A DNA stretch of 62,620 bases, filler included, from 7 parts of 7 records of this genome joined end to end with filler, not necessarily neighbours in it, one strand, 5' to 3'; shown: positions 33,892 through 45,530, counted from the whole stretch's first letter. The notes: generated by a model not told the origin, from the sequence alone. Program-made: numbers and translations.

Positions 33892-36800
33892 ATGTTGGAA
33901 AAAATGTTTAGGGAATTTAGAGGTATATTGATTGCTTTGTTGTTAGTGAGCAATGCATTGCAAGCTCAAGTAGACAAGCAATTTTGGTTTGTAGCACCGG
34001 AAGTTAGTAACGACCACGGGGATGATCCAATTTATTTAAATATATCAACATTTGATGAAGCTGCTACAGTAACTATTTCGATGCCTGCTAATGAAGCAGA
34101 TTTTCCAACAATTACAAGAACAATAGCTGCTAATTCTTTTCACCAGGAGAACTTAACCTCATTCCTTGGCGAAATTGAGCATAAATTCAGAACAGATTAC
34201 GATTTAACAATTCCAGGTAAAAGTGATCAGGGAATATTAATTGAATCAGACAAAGAAATTACCGTGTATTACGAAAGTGCCTATGGAAATAACAGTGATT
34301 TATTTTCTTTAAAAGGTAAGAATGCATTAGGTTCTGAATTTTATACCCCATTTCAAACACGATATTATAATAATAGTGGAAGCGGTTGGGCCGATCCGGC
34401 ATATTCTGCATTTGATATAGTTTTTACAGAAGATAATACATACATAACACTGGATATTCCATCTGGAAAGGCGGTTTATAACGGAAGCGGTGGGTGGACT
34501 GGTACCATAAGATTAGGACCATTCCAGAGAGGCGAAACTTTTACAGGGATTCCGGAATGGATATCCACACACAAACCGAACAAATTGAGCAACGATGAAT
34601 TTGGTAGGGTAGCAGAAGATCATTTGGCAGGTGTCCACGTAAAAGCACACGATCTTTCAGGAACAAAACTAAAACGAATTGCTATTACAATTAAAGACGG
34701 TTCTATGCGCGGATTTATGGGTAGTGCATATGATCTTGGCGGCGACCAAGTTGTTCCTCTAGAGATTATCGGGAAAGAATACATTGCCATGAAAGGGCAG
34801 TTGCGTGAAGGAAATGTAGGTGGACATTATTCAAAACCTCCGGCACCCACCTGGGCAAGACAAGAGGTGATTTTTATTTTGGCAACAGAAGATAATACGT
34901 CTATTTCAATCCAGGGAACACCTACAACTACTATCGATGAAGGTGAAACATATACACAAGAGCTAATTAATAATTATACTCATGTTGCTGCAGATAAGCC
35001 GGTTTATGTCTGGCAAGTAACCGGTTTTGGTGATGAAATGGGGGCTGCAATATTACCAGCAATAGATAGGTGTACAGGATCAGAGAAAGTTGCTTTTTCG
35101 AGATCGATAAAAAATTGGAGTTTTTACATGAACGTGCTTGTTCGCACTGGCGCAGAAGATGATTTTTTACTTAATGGCTCATACAATAGTATTTTAGATG
35201 GTTCAGTATTTCAAAATGTAACTGGAACATCAGAATGGAAAGCAGCTAGGATTGGGCCTGTGCATAAAAATACGATAAAAGAATTGCAGCAAAGCATTAT
35301 TGAAAATACAGAAGATGTTTTCCATTTAGGTGTTATTATGGGGAACAGTTCAGGTTGCCGTATTGGATATTTTTCAGGTTTCGGTGATATTCCTCAAATT
35401 GACTTGAGCCCCCTTATTGCAGAGCAGGGATTATGCGCAGGTAATATTGAGTTAGAGGTTCTGGAATCAGGAAGTTATGCAACGTATCAATGGTATCAGG
35501 ATAATGTTTCATTGGCGGGGGAGACATCGAGTACATATAATGTTGCAGATCCTGGAAGATATAAAGTAACTGCTCTTACAACTTGTGGCGGGAAAACTAC
35601 AGAAACATTTCCATCGAATGAAATTGATGTTTTGCCATGTTTATCAATTGAAGATAATTCAGCAAACGAAGCGGACCCAAATGCAGTTTTTACGGTTAAT
35701 CTGTCACACGTAATGCCTGTTACTGATATCGATTTCGAATACGAGACTTTTCCGATTAATGCAACAAAAAATAGTGACTATTCATATACAAGAGGTTCTG
35801 CTACTTTAACCGCAGGAAATTCCAGTGTAACTATATCCGTTCCCATAAAACAAGATTTTATTAATGAGCCAACAGAACAGTTTGGAATGATAATAAGAAA
35901 TGTTACCCAGGTTAATGTTGGAGATTCTATTGGGATATGTGATTTGTCGGATGATAGCGATCCGGAACCTGAGATTAGCATCGACTCTGTAATTACTTTA
36001 GCTGAAAATATTGGTGGTGGGCAACTAACTGTGCCTGTATCTCTTTCAGAAATTTCCGGATATACAGTAAAAGCTGTCTACACCATTACAGATAGTACTG
36101 CATTAATCACTTCGGATTATAATGTTGCCAGTGTCTCGGATACATTGATATTCACAGCGGGGAGTAAAGAAGAATCACTTACAATTGATATTGTAAACGA
36201 TAATATTTACGAGCCTACAGCTTTAGGCTATGAAAATTTTAAAATCTCTTTATCAAGCCTGGAGCATTGTATTGCAGGGATTACCTCAAGTGATGTTCGA
36301 ATAACCGATGATGAATCGATTCCGGTAATAAGTGTTTCCGATCAGAGCGCAACAGAGGGAGATACATTGAATTTTATTGTTGAATTGAGCAATGGAGCAA
36401 GTGAGGATATAACAGTTGATGTTGCAGCCGTTAATTCCACAGCAAGTGAAGGAGCGGATTATACATTTAATCCAATTAACCAAACAGTAACAATACCAAC
36501 TGGTGATTTATCTGCGGAAATAACAATTCCGGTCATTCAGGATACAATCTCTGAGGGAATGGAATCGTTCTTGTTGAGATTTACGAATGCTATAAACGCC
36601 AATCTAAATATTGAACCTTTGGTAGTGAGAGGGACATTGTTTGATAATTCCGGAGAACCTCAAATTTATATTACAAATGCTACTGCAACAGAAGGAAGTA
36701 GTCTCGATTTTACCGTTCACCTATCAATTGCGTCATCAACAGATGTTACCTTTGACTATTCTACGATAAACGGTTCTGCTGTGTCTCCTACGGATTTTAA

Positions 36801-38958
36801 TGGTATATCATCACCTGTTTCAACTACCATAACAGCAGGAGATTTAACGGCGGATATTAGCATTAATTCTGTTCAGGATACAGACGAAGAGGGCGACGAA
36901 AACTTTCAACTTATCTTACAAAATCTTGTAGGTAGTGCTGCTTTTGCTGATAGTATTGGGGTGGCCACAATTGTTGATGATGATGAAACTCCTGTTGCAA
37001 ACGATGATATTTTTTCTGTAAATGAAGATCCTGCAATGCCATTAACAGGCAATGTTACCTATAACGATATGGGGCTTGGCGATACACCCATTACTGTAAG
37101 TTTAGTTAGCGATGTAAATTATGGAACGCTAACATTAAATAACGATGGGTCATTTAGTTATTCGCCGATTGCAGAATATTTTGGCACAGATGAATTTACT
37201 TACCGCATAACCGATGCAGATAGCGATTTTGATGAAGCATTGGTAACAATTAACGTTATTTCAGTAAATGATATTCCTGTATCGGTTGATGATGCTTTCG
37301 GTAGTATCAATGAATATACACATCCTTCATATTCACAGTTGTCAGGTAATATTCTGTCAAACGACTCAGGAATGGGAGATTCGGTTTCTATAGTAATTGT
37401 TGCAAATCCTACAAAGGGTAATTTAACTATGAATGCTGATGGTAGTTTTACATACAATCCTACCTCACAGAATTATGGAGCGGATCAATTTTCTTATCAG
37501 TTAAGGGACAAAAACAACGAACTTTCAGACGTAACCATTGCTTCTTTCACAATAGCTTACTACAATGACGAGGCTCCTGTGGCCAACAACGATAATTTTT
37601 CAACTCCACAGGATAGCAGTTTAACAATGGAAATTTTATCGAACGACACTGATTTGGATGGTAACAATACGATTGATGTTGGTTCTATCCAAATTCACGA
37701 TCAACCTGATAATGGAACATTAAGCATGGATTTATATACAGGTCTTGTAACATATACTCCGGATTCAGGATACTTAGGCGCTGACTACTTTTTGTATTCT
37801 GTTGCCGATCAGTTAATAGAAAGCCAGGGAATTAAGCGTTCCAATCAAGCAAGGGTAGATATTACCGTAACCCAGGCAAATGCCGTTCCGGTTGCAGTTT
37901 GTCAAGATGTAGATTTATTTTTAGATAATAATGGAGATGCAACGCTTAATGCATCAGATTTAGACGGAGGCTCTTCTGATGCTGACGTTGGAGATGTAAT
38001 TAGTTTCGCAATTTCAGGTAACACACAAATAGATTATTCATGTTCTGATATCGGAAGCTATACACTAACATTAACAGTCAGCGACGATAAATTGGCACAA
38101 AGCACCTGCCAGTCTTCAGTTTCCATTTACGATACTATTTCACCTGTTGTAGAATCGTGTACATCAGATACCACAGTTCTTTGTGCACCTTCAAGTCCGG
38201 GGGTGTCGGTTACGTATTCTGCCCCTGTATTCTCTGATAATTGCAGCGGAACAACGCAGCTAGTTCGCGGCCAGCCAAGTGGAACCGCATTTGGTGTGGG
38301 AACAACAACAGTAGAATACCATTTTTTCGACGCATCAGGTAACGATACTGCAAAATGTATTTTTAATGTTGAAGTAGTTGAGGATACAGAATTGCCAGTA
38401 ATTACAGGACTCTCAGGCGATACCTTGCGAGTTAATCAGATTAGCAATACACATCTTGTATCTGATAATAGTCTAAATCCTTCTGCTACTGATAATGCAG
38501 GGATTTCAAGTTTAACGCATAATTACAATGGTGGCGGAAGCACGTTAAACGGCTTTTCTTTTTCATTGGGAACACATACTGTGATTTGGATTGCTACTGA
38601 CATTTTTGGAAATACATCTCAATTTACACAAACGTTTGAGATAATTGAAAAATTCGATGTAACATTAACTAGCGACAAACCTGGCGATGAGGCTTGTGAA
38701 GGGGAAACTTTTACATTTACCGCAACCCCACAATCAGGAGGTTCTTCACCATACTCCTATGTTTTTTATGTTGATGGGGCGGACATAACAGGGTTAATTA
38801 CACAAAATACATTTAGCACAGATATATTAAATGATACACAGGTTGTAAGTGTAAAAGTAACCGATAGTTTAGGTTTTGTCAATCAAATAGAAAATATTAC
38901 AGTTTCAATATTGCCTCTACCTGATACGCGAGAGGTGTATCGGAATCCGAATAAGTAA
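33892..38958 (+). CDS. Large secreted adhesin-like protein: IgGFc-binding-like N-terminus, 4 Calx-beta, 3 cadherin-like/tandem-95 and HYR/Ig modules
   Basis: Signal peptide LQA|QVDKQFWFVAP, NALGSEFY. Calx-beta repeats (e.g. ISVSDQSATEGDTLNFIVELS), PVANDD-type repeats, HYR DNC...FGVGTTTVEY. Confidence 0.8.
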   Translation: MLEKMFREFRGILIALLLVSNALQAQVDKQFWFVAPEVSNDHGDDPIYLNISTFDEAATVTISMPANEADFPTITRTIAANSFHQENLTSFLGEIEHKFRTDYDLTIPGKSDQGILIESDKEITVYYESAYGNNSDLFSLKGKNALGSEFYTPFQTRYYNNSGSGWADPAYSAFDIVFTEDNTYITLDIPSGKAVYNGSGGWTGTIRLGPFQRGETFTGIPEWISTHKPNKLSNDEFGRVAEDHLAGVHVKAHDLSGTKLKRIAITIKDGSMRGFMGSAYDLGGDQVVPLEIIGKEYIAMKGQLREGNVGGHYSKPPAPTWARQEVIFILATEDNTSISIQGTPTTTIDEGETYTQELINNYTHVAADKPVYVWQVTGFGDEMGAAILPAIDRCTGSEKVAFSRSIKNWSFYMNVLVRTGAEDDFLLNGSYNSILDGSVFQNVTGTSEWKAARIGPVHKNTIKELQQSIIENTEDVFHLGVIMGNSSGCRIGYFSGFGDIPQIDLSPLIAEQGLCAGNIELEVLESGSYATYQWYQDNVSLAGETSSTYNVADPGRYKVTALTTCGGKTTETFPSNEIDVLPCLSIEDNSANEADPNAVFTVNLSHVMPVTDIDFEYETFPINATKNSDYSYTRGSATLTAGNSSVTISVPIKQDFINEPTEQFGMIIRNVTQVNVGDSIGICDLSDDSDPEPEISIDSVITLAENIGGGQLTVPVSLSEISGYTVKAVYTITDSTALITSDYNVASVSDTLIFTAGSKEESLTIDIVNDNIYEPTALGYENFKISLSSLEHCIAGITSSDVRITDDESIPVISVSDQSATEGDTLNFIVELSNGASEDITVDVAAVNSTASEGADYTFNPINQTVTIPTGDLSAEITIPVIQDTISEGMESFLLRFTNAINANLNIEPLVVRGTLFDNSGEPQIYITNATATEGSSLDFTVHLSIASSTDVTFDYSTINGSAVSPTDFNGISSPVSTTITAGDLTADISINSVQDTDEEGDENFQLILQNLVGSAAFADSIGVATIVDDDETPVANDDIFSVNEDPAMPLTGNVTYNDMGLGDTPITVSLVSDVNYGTLTLNNDGSFSYSPIAEYFGTDEFTYRITDADSDFDEALVTINVISVNDIPVSVDDAFGSINEYTHPSYSQLSGNILSNDSGMGDSVSIVIVANPTKGNLTMNADGSFTYNPTSQNYGADQFSYQLRDKNNELSDVTIASFTIAYYNDEAPVANNDNFSTPQDSSLTMEILSNDTDLDGNNTIDVGSIQIHDQPDNGTLSMDLYTGLVTYTPDSGYLGADYFLYSVADQLIESQGIKRSNQARVDITVTQANAVPVAVCQDVDLFLDNNGDATLNASDLDGGSSDADVGDVISFAISGNTQIDYSCSDIGSYTLTLTVSDDKLAQSTCQSSVSIYDTISPVVESCTSDTTVLCAPSSPGVSVTYSAPVFSDNCSGTTQLVRGQPSGTAFGVGTTTVEYHFFDASGNDTAKCIFNVEVVEDTELPVITGLSGDTLRVNQISNTHLVSDNSLNPSATDNAGISSLTHNYNGGGSTLNGFSFSLGTHTVIWIATDIFGNTSQFTQTFEIIEKFDVTLTSDKPGDEACEGETFTFTATPQSGGSSPYSYVFYVDGADITGLITQNTFSTDILNDTQVVSVKVTDSLGFVNQIENITVSILPLPDTREVYRNPNK

Positions 38959-39023
38959 ATTGAAATTTAATAATAATCACTCGTAGAATTTATCAATTAA
39001 CATTCATATTATTAAGTTTTCCC

Positions 39024-39031
39024 TATTTTTG
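39024..39031 (+). promoter_or_regulatory. Bacteroidota -7 promoter element for ddl
   Basis: TATTTTTG followed by C, 17 nt before the ATG. Confidence 0.55.
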
Positions 39032-39048
39032 CGGCAAAATTTAATAAA

Positions 39049-40023
39049 ATGAATGTAGCTATTGTTGCTGGTGGATACTCATCAGAATATGTAATTTCTG
39101 TAAAAAGTGCCCAGCAAGTTTATGATTCACTTATAAAAACACAATACGTCCCTCACGTTGTTGAAATTTCAAAAGAGGGGTGGTTTGTCAATGTTAATGG
39201 CAATAAAATAAATATTGATAAAAACGATTTTAGTTTTACGAAAGAAGGAGCAAAAATAACTTTCGACGCTGTGTTTATTGCCATTCATGGCACCCCGGGT
39301 GAAGACGGGAAATTGCAAAGTTATTTTGAAATGCTTGAAATTCCTTATACAACATGCAATAGTTTTACTTCGCAACTATCATTTAACAAATATGTATGTA
39401 AGGTTTTCCTCGAGAAATTTGGGATTACCATGGCCACGGATGTCATAATTAAGAAATCAGATTCAATAGATTTAAATAATATTATTAACACAACGGGATT
39501 GCCTTGTTTTGTGAAGGCCAATAATAGCGGTTCAAGCTTTGGTGTTACAAAAGTAAAAGAGGCTGATGAACTAGAAAAAGCACTTGAAACAGCTTTCGAA
39601 GAAGACTCAGAAGTGTTAATCGAAGAATTTATTGAAGGCACAGAAGTAACATGCGGTGTTTTCAAATCAGAAAATAAAGAATTGATATTACCGTTAACTG
39701 AAATAGTTAGTAAAAAAGAATTTTTTGATTATGAAGCAAAATATACTCCGGGAATGTCGGATGAAATTACTCCTGCCAGACTTTCTGAGGAGTTGACAAA
39801 ACAATGTCAAAAAGAAGCTTCCAGGATATATGATATCCTGAACTGCAAAGGGTTGGTCCGTGTTGATTTTATATTAAAAGAGAACAAATTTTATTTCTTG
39901 GAAATAAATACTGTTCCAGGCATGAGCGAGAACAGCCTTGTGCCACAACAAATAAGAGAGGCAGGTTACACAACATCAGAAATTTATAGCATGCTTCTTG
40001 ACGAAGCGATTAAAAACAATTAA
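39049..40023 (+). CDS. ddl: D-alanine--D-alanine ligase
   Basis: GGYSSEYVIS, HGTPGEDG, GSSFGV, FDYEAKY, RVDF, EINTVPGM. Confidence 0.96.
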   Translation: MNVAIVAGGYSSEYVISVKSAQQVYDSLIKTQYVPHVVEISKEGWFVNVNGNKINIDKNDFSFTKEGAKITFDAVFIAIHGTPGEDGKLQSYFEMLEIPYTTCNSFTSQLSFNKYVCKVFLEKFGITMATDVIIKKSDSIDLNNIINTTGLPCFVKANNSGSSFGVTKVKEADELEKALETAFEEDSEVLIEEFIEGTEVTCGVFKSENKELILPLTEIVSKKEFFDYEAKYTPGMSDEITPARLSEELTKQCQKEASRIYDILNCKGLVRVDFILKENKFYFLEINTVPGMSENSLVPQQIREAGYTTSEIYSMLLDEAIKNN

Positions 40024-40072
40024 ATTTGAATCCCTAACCATCCCCGCTTTGGCTAATACGATACTGAGTGGG

Positions 40073-40172
40073 NNNNNNNNNNNNNNNNNNNNNNNNNNNN
40101 NNNNNNNNNNNNNNNNTTAATTAATTAANNNNNNNNNNNNNNNNNNNNNNNNNNNNNNNNNNNNNNNNNNNN
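40073..40172. other. Artificial contig spacer
   Basis: N-TTAATTAATTAA-N. Confidence 0.99.
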
Positions 40173-43100
40173 AACCTAACATTTGTCCTGCTATAGGTAT
40201 ATTCCTCTTTGATACCGTTTCTGTATCCAGTAGCAGAATACCAAGTCTTAGGATCAACTGTTGTTACTGCTATTCCTTCTTCTGTTACAGCGTTTACAGA
40301 AACACCCCCGTTGTCACGAGCATCAGCTGTTCTTTGACTAACACCATATCCATCTAACATAGATTCTGTCTGGCTTACTACTTTTCCTCCGAATTTTCCG
40401 CTTATAAGAAAACTTAAATCAAATCGACCAAAAGATAGATTGTTGTTCCAACCCAGGCTGTATCTTGGATCGAGAATTCCGATATATTCGGTTTCAGAGT
40501 CATTTTGTAACGGTGTACCATCTTCAGCAACAACTATTCTTCCCTCATCATCTCTTTTATACTTGATGACATAAAGATCGTTTAAAGAACCACCAGTTGT
40601 AAGTTTTACCTGGTAACCTTCAGAGTTTACAAGATAAACAGGTTCAGCCAAATCCTGGTGAAGTTCAACAACTTCATTGTTGTTTCTTGAGTAATTAAAT
40701 GAAGTTCTCCATGTTAAATTTTTAGTTTTAACAGGAATAACATCAGCAGTAATTTCGATACCTTTATTTACAATCTCACCGGCATTAACATAATACGAAG
40801 TATATCCTGAACCAGAAGGTGCAGGTAATTCGATGAATTGAGACTGGCTGTTAATGTTATAATATGTGAAATCAAAACCAAATCTTCCTTCGAAAAATCT
40901 CCAGTCTGTACCCAGTTCCATTGAGCGAAGCATCTCAGGCTCCAATGTAGTAAATGGTCTTGTCGTATTTCTTGATACACCACCAGTAGAGTTAATTGTA
41001 TGCATTGGGTTTATCCTGTTATATGGTACTTCATTGCCAACAATTGTGTAAGAAGCCCTTACCTTAGAGAATGCGATAAATTGGGGCATTTCAAACATTT
41101 CGTTTAACAAACCTGTAAAACCAAATGCAGGGTATAAGTAAGATTCATTATTTGTACCAGCTAATGATGATGACCAATCGTTTCGCAATGAAATATCAAG
41201 AAATACCATGTCTTTAACACCTACTGTTGTATTAGCAAAAACAGCTTGTTTTACCAATTTGCTATCCAGTGTTGAATTTACCATTACATTGTCACCTATA
41301 TTGGCAAAGTTGAATTCATTTGCATAAAGTAGTCCGCCATCGCTACCTGTATCTACAGAAATTCCTTCTCCAAATACTGTTTTTTGGTAACTAGCACCTG
41401 CAATGGCACTTAAGCTGATTGGCCCAAAATTTTTGTTAAATTTTAAGATACCATCGCTGTATAACATTTCATCAGAGTATTTTGAGAATACCCAACGTCC
41501 GTTTTCATGTGTGTTGGTAGAGTTAGAACCTGCATAATGTTGTTGTTCATATGTTTTAAGAGATAAATCATAATTTCCACGAACAGAAAATGTTAGGTTC
41601 TCAGTAATTTCCCAATCAATGGTAGCATTGCTAATTACACGTTTAGTCAAATCTGTTCTTGGTTCTTTATTTATAATCCAATATGGATTTGACTGGTGGT
41701 GATCGTCAAGATGCCAGTTTTGTAACATCATGTTACGGCCTTCATCAAATACCTCGTAGTTTTCTTTGTAAGAATTAAAATCAAGGTTACGTGGGAAGAA
41801 ATATAAACCTGTCAATGGATTCAGGTAATATCCGGCAGGTAACCTGTTTTTTGTTTCCTCCTGGGCTAACATAACATTTGAAGTTACTGTTACTTTGTCG
41901 TTAAACAATTTTGTTGATTGTTTAAAAGTTAAGTTGTTCTTTTTGTACTTATTTGTTGGTGCAATACCTTGTGCATTAGTATTTCCATAAGAGAAATATG
42001 CCCTTGTTCTTTTTGTGCCACCACTAATAGTTATGTTGTTGATTAGATTGTAACCTGTCTGGAAAAAATCTTCCACATAATTGTCAGCATAGTCACCTGC
42101 TTCGTAAGACCAGCTTTCTTGTGCCCCTCCTTCACTTCCGTACTTATATTGCATTTCTGGTAATAGCATTACGTTCTCAAACGTTACACCAGAATTAATA
42201 GTAACTTTTGCCTCGCCTTCTTTACCACTTTTTGTAGTAATCAAGACAACTCCGTTTGCCCCCTGGCTACCATAAAGTGCAGCAGCATTAGAACCTTTTA
42301 AGATGTTAATACTTTCAATATCATCAGGGTTTAATTGTGAAATACCATCACCTTGATCAGTTCCACCCCACATTCCGGGTTGTCCACCTTTATTATTAAC
42401 CATAGGAATACCATCAATTACATAAAGTGGCTCACTATCAGAATATAGTGATTTGCTACCCCTAAGCACAACACGGGTTGAACCACCAGCACCAGAACTA
42501 CTTTTCTTTATTTCAATACCGGCTGCTTTTCCAGAAAGGCTGTTCATAAAGTTAACATCCCTTGTTTTTACCAATTCATCACCATCAACAGTTTGGTTCG
42601 AATAAGTAAGGGTTTTCTCTTCACGTTTAATACCCAATGCAGTAACAACAACTTCGTCAAGAGCTAAAATATCTTCGACCAAAGTTACCGTTAAGCTTGT
42701 TTGGTTACCAACTTCTATTTCTTCTGTTAGGTATCCAATAAATGAAAAAGCCAATACAGACGAGGGTGAGCTAACGGTTATTGTATATTCACCATCGAGG
42801 TTGGTAATAACCCCATTGGTAGTTCCTTTCTCAATAATGTTAACTCCCGGTATTGCTTCTCCGTTTGCATCAAGTACCTGTCCTTTAATGGTTACATCCT
42901 GACTACCAGACTCAGTCTTTGGGATGATTACAACCATCTTATTGTCAAGTATTTTGTAATTCAGATTGGTACTTTTTAATAAATCGTCAAGAACTTCGTT
43001 AATGTTTTTGTTCCAGTAGTTTACATTAACCAAATCGTCTAATACAGAAAATTTATCGTTATAGAAAAATGCGTAATTGCTATTTTTTTCTATTTCGTTG

Positions 43101-43279
43101 AACAATTCGCGCATGGTAATATTATTTTCATCAATATTGAAAATACTACCTTGCGAATATATGCTAGCAGTTGCTTGCATAACCGTTAGCAAAGATACAA
43201 TGGTAAAAAATTTCATAAATAGTAAGATTTTTATAAGCTTCTTTTTAAAAAGAGTACAATTATCCCATTTAAAATTCAT
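40173..43279 (-). CDS. SusC/RagA transporter with N-terminal STN signalling domain, 3'-truncated
   Basis: STN segment ELFNEIEKNSNYAFFYN; ILKGSNAAALYGSQGANGVVLITTK. Confidence 0.94.
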
Positions 43280-43289
43280 AATTTTGATT

Positions 43290-43356
43290 TTAATTTAGTT
43301 AAACTTTACTTAATTACTTTGATAGGGAGGTGCTGCGAACATCTCCCTATTTTTTT
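43290..43356 (+). ncRNA. Candidate DonS-like antisense sRNA
   Basis: TAATTTTG (43279-43286) overlaps the susC start codon on the opposite strand. Hairpin ATAGGGAG...CTCCCTAT plus T-run at 43322-43356. Confidence 0.5.
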
Positions 43357-43422
43357 GTCAGATAGTTCTTTTATAGGTATTTATTTCATAGGCATATTTG
43401 TTTTTATAGGATTCTACATAAG

Positions 43423-44564
43423 TTAGTTATTCATCAATTTTAGGTATGTTTTCAATTTGTCATTGTCGAGGGTAAGGTATACGTGCTTTTCATTTATCTT
43501 ATATTCAAGTGGTGATGTAAGGCTGAGGGCTTCTAAAACCTGTTCCAGGGGATAATCTCCTAAAGTACCCGAGTAAGTTAAGTTTTTCATTTTTTCATTT
43601 TCAAAAGAGAAGTAGATATCGAACTTTCTTGATAAGATCGTTGCTAACTCTTCCAATGTCTCTCCGTTAAAAACATATTTACCTTCTTTCCAGGCAACCG
43701 ATGCGTAAACATCAACATTTTTGTTTATGCGGTATTTCTTTTTCAAGAGGTTTTTGCTGATTTTTCTTTCTGATTCTTTATTTTCTGATTTCGAATTAAT
43801 GTTTGTGTTGATTGCAAAGTCAGAATTGGTTTTATTGTAAATGAGCATCTCATTTGGCTTCAGGTATATGGGATCCTCTGTTTTTTCTTCGGTGTCTCCA
43901 CACGTATTGAACCTTCCAGGAGGGTTGTTTCAATATTTCCTTCATCTTTATAGGATTTTACATTAAAAACCGTACCCAATACCTCTATGTTAATGTGCGA
44001 TGTATGCACCTTTAGTGGGTATTTATGTTTTTCTATTTCAAAAAGTCCTTCTCCTTCAATAAATAATTCACGTGAGTTAATCCCGTAATTCTTTTTATAT
44101 GTTAATTTACTTCCTGCATTTAAATATACAACACTTCCGTCTGGAAGGGTAACAGTAGATTTTCCGCCGTATGGAACTTCTATCACATGCAATTCATCTG
44201 CTCCCAGTAAGGTGTTTTCCGATTTACCCAAGATGTATGAAGTAACCGTAATTCCAATGAAAAGTAGGATAAGCGCAGCATACTTTATTAAGTTCCTGAT
44301 AAATTGGGGATTTGACTTTTTTGTTTGATGGCGCTCATTATTCTCGATTCTTCTCTCCAACTCTTTGAACGCATTTCTGCCAATTTGTTTAGAGCTCGAC
44401 AGTGAAGCTGTTGTCTCTATGTATAGTTTTTTACATTGAGTAAATTCTTCCTGGTTTGATGGACTCTCATCAAGCCAGGTGAGTATTGCCTCAATTTCTT
44501 TCTCTGTTGTTTGACCAGAGAAATATTTGTAGAGTATATGTTGTGATATATTTAAGTTTTCCAT
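43423..44564 (-). CDS. FecR-family anti-sigma factor; frameshift at A6 43881-43886
   Basis: TM helix, LPDGSVVYLNAGS, EGEGLF, VLGTVFNV, TLLEGS. A restored A gives PIYLKPNEMLIY...WKEG..F. Confidence 0.88.
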
Positions 44565-44583
44565 TTTTCTTTATTGATAGAGT

Positions 44584-44609
44584 AGACGTATAACTCTGTC
44601 ATTACCCTA
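44584..44609 (-). promoter_or_regulatory. Putative ECF-sigma promoter before fecR
   Basis: TAGGGTA...CGTCT between the sigma and anti-sigma genes. Confidence 0.4.
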
Positions 44610-44663
44610 AATTAAAATTGAAGTTTTTTTTAATAATATAATTATCCGTTGTGGCAGAAGGGG

Positions 44664-45227
44664 TTATAGATAGTCTTTTAATTTTTCCCTAAAGGTGTTT
44701 AAAGCCTTAGAAATATGATATTCTACGGTTTTAACATCTATCTGTAATTTCTGGCTAATTTCTTTGTATTGAAGTTCTTCTATGCGGCTTAGTTTAAAAA
44801 TGTTTTTTGTTTTCTCTGGAAAGGACTCTATCGTAGCGGTTATAATTCTTTGAATCTCATCAAACTCAATCGATGATGCATTAGATTCATTCCAATAATA
44901 ATACAGGATGTTTGCTTCTTTTTGTTTTAAATACTGCAATTTTTCATAATCGCCAGAGGTTTTTTGATGCCTTAGATGTTGGATGCATTTATTATGGACA
45001 GCTCTGAATAAGTAAGAAGAAATAGAATTATTTATTATTATCGAATTTCTTTTATCCCATAACGTAAAAAAAATATCTTGCGTAATATCTTCTGCTATAT
45101 CATCATTTTCAATATAACTTTTTGCATATAGGAATAACCTATGAAAGTAGCTTTCATAGAGCTTTTGGAATATAGCCTTATTCCCCTTTTGGATACCCCT
45201 GATGATTAATTTTTCTTCCCTTTGCAT
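44664..45227 (-). CDS. ECF RNA polymerase sigma-70 factor
   Basis: AEDITQDIF..LW, SYLFRAVHN, IFKLSR, YKEISQKLQIDVKTVEYHISKAL. Confidence 0.93.
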   Translation of the reverse strand: MQREEKLIIRGIQKGNKAIFQKLYESYFHRLFLYAKSYIENDDIAEDITQDIFFTLWDKRNSIIINNSISSYLFRAVHNKCIQHLRHQKTSGDYEKLQYLKQKEANILYYYWNESNASSIEFDEIQRIITATIESFPEKTKNIFKLSRIEELQYKEISQKLQIDVKTVEYHISKALNTFREKLKDYL

Positions 45228-45530
45228 ACCGATTCAAAGTCCAAAGTAAATAATTTAAAGAAAACTTATGAAAAAATTTACAGGATTTATATTAAGATAT
45301 CTTTTTGAAGATTTCAGTAAGAATCTAATTCCGGTATTAATTTTCACATAATAATTTGCACGTATTTTAATAAGGATGCTTATTATTTAAAAATATGGAC
45401 AATATGGTTTAATTAAATAAGATTCAACGGCGTATGGTATATTGAATTTAAGAATTTTAATTATCAAATTTACCACTCAATGAGGTTGTTTTATAAGTCT
45501 TAAACCAGAAATATTAATTCAGAATTTTAA

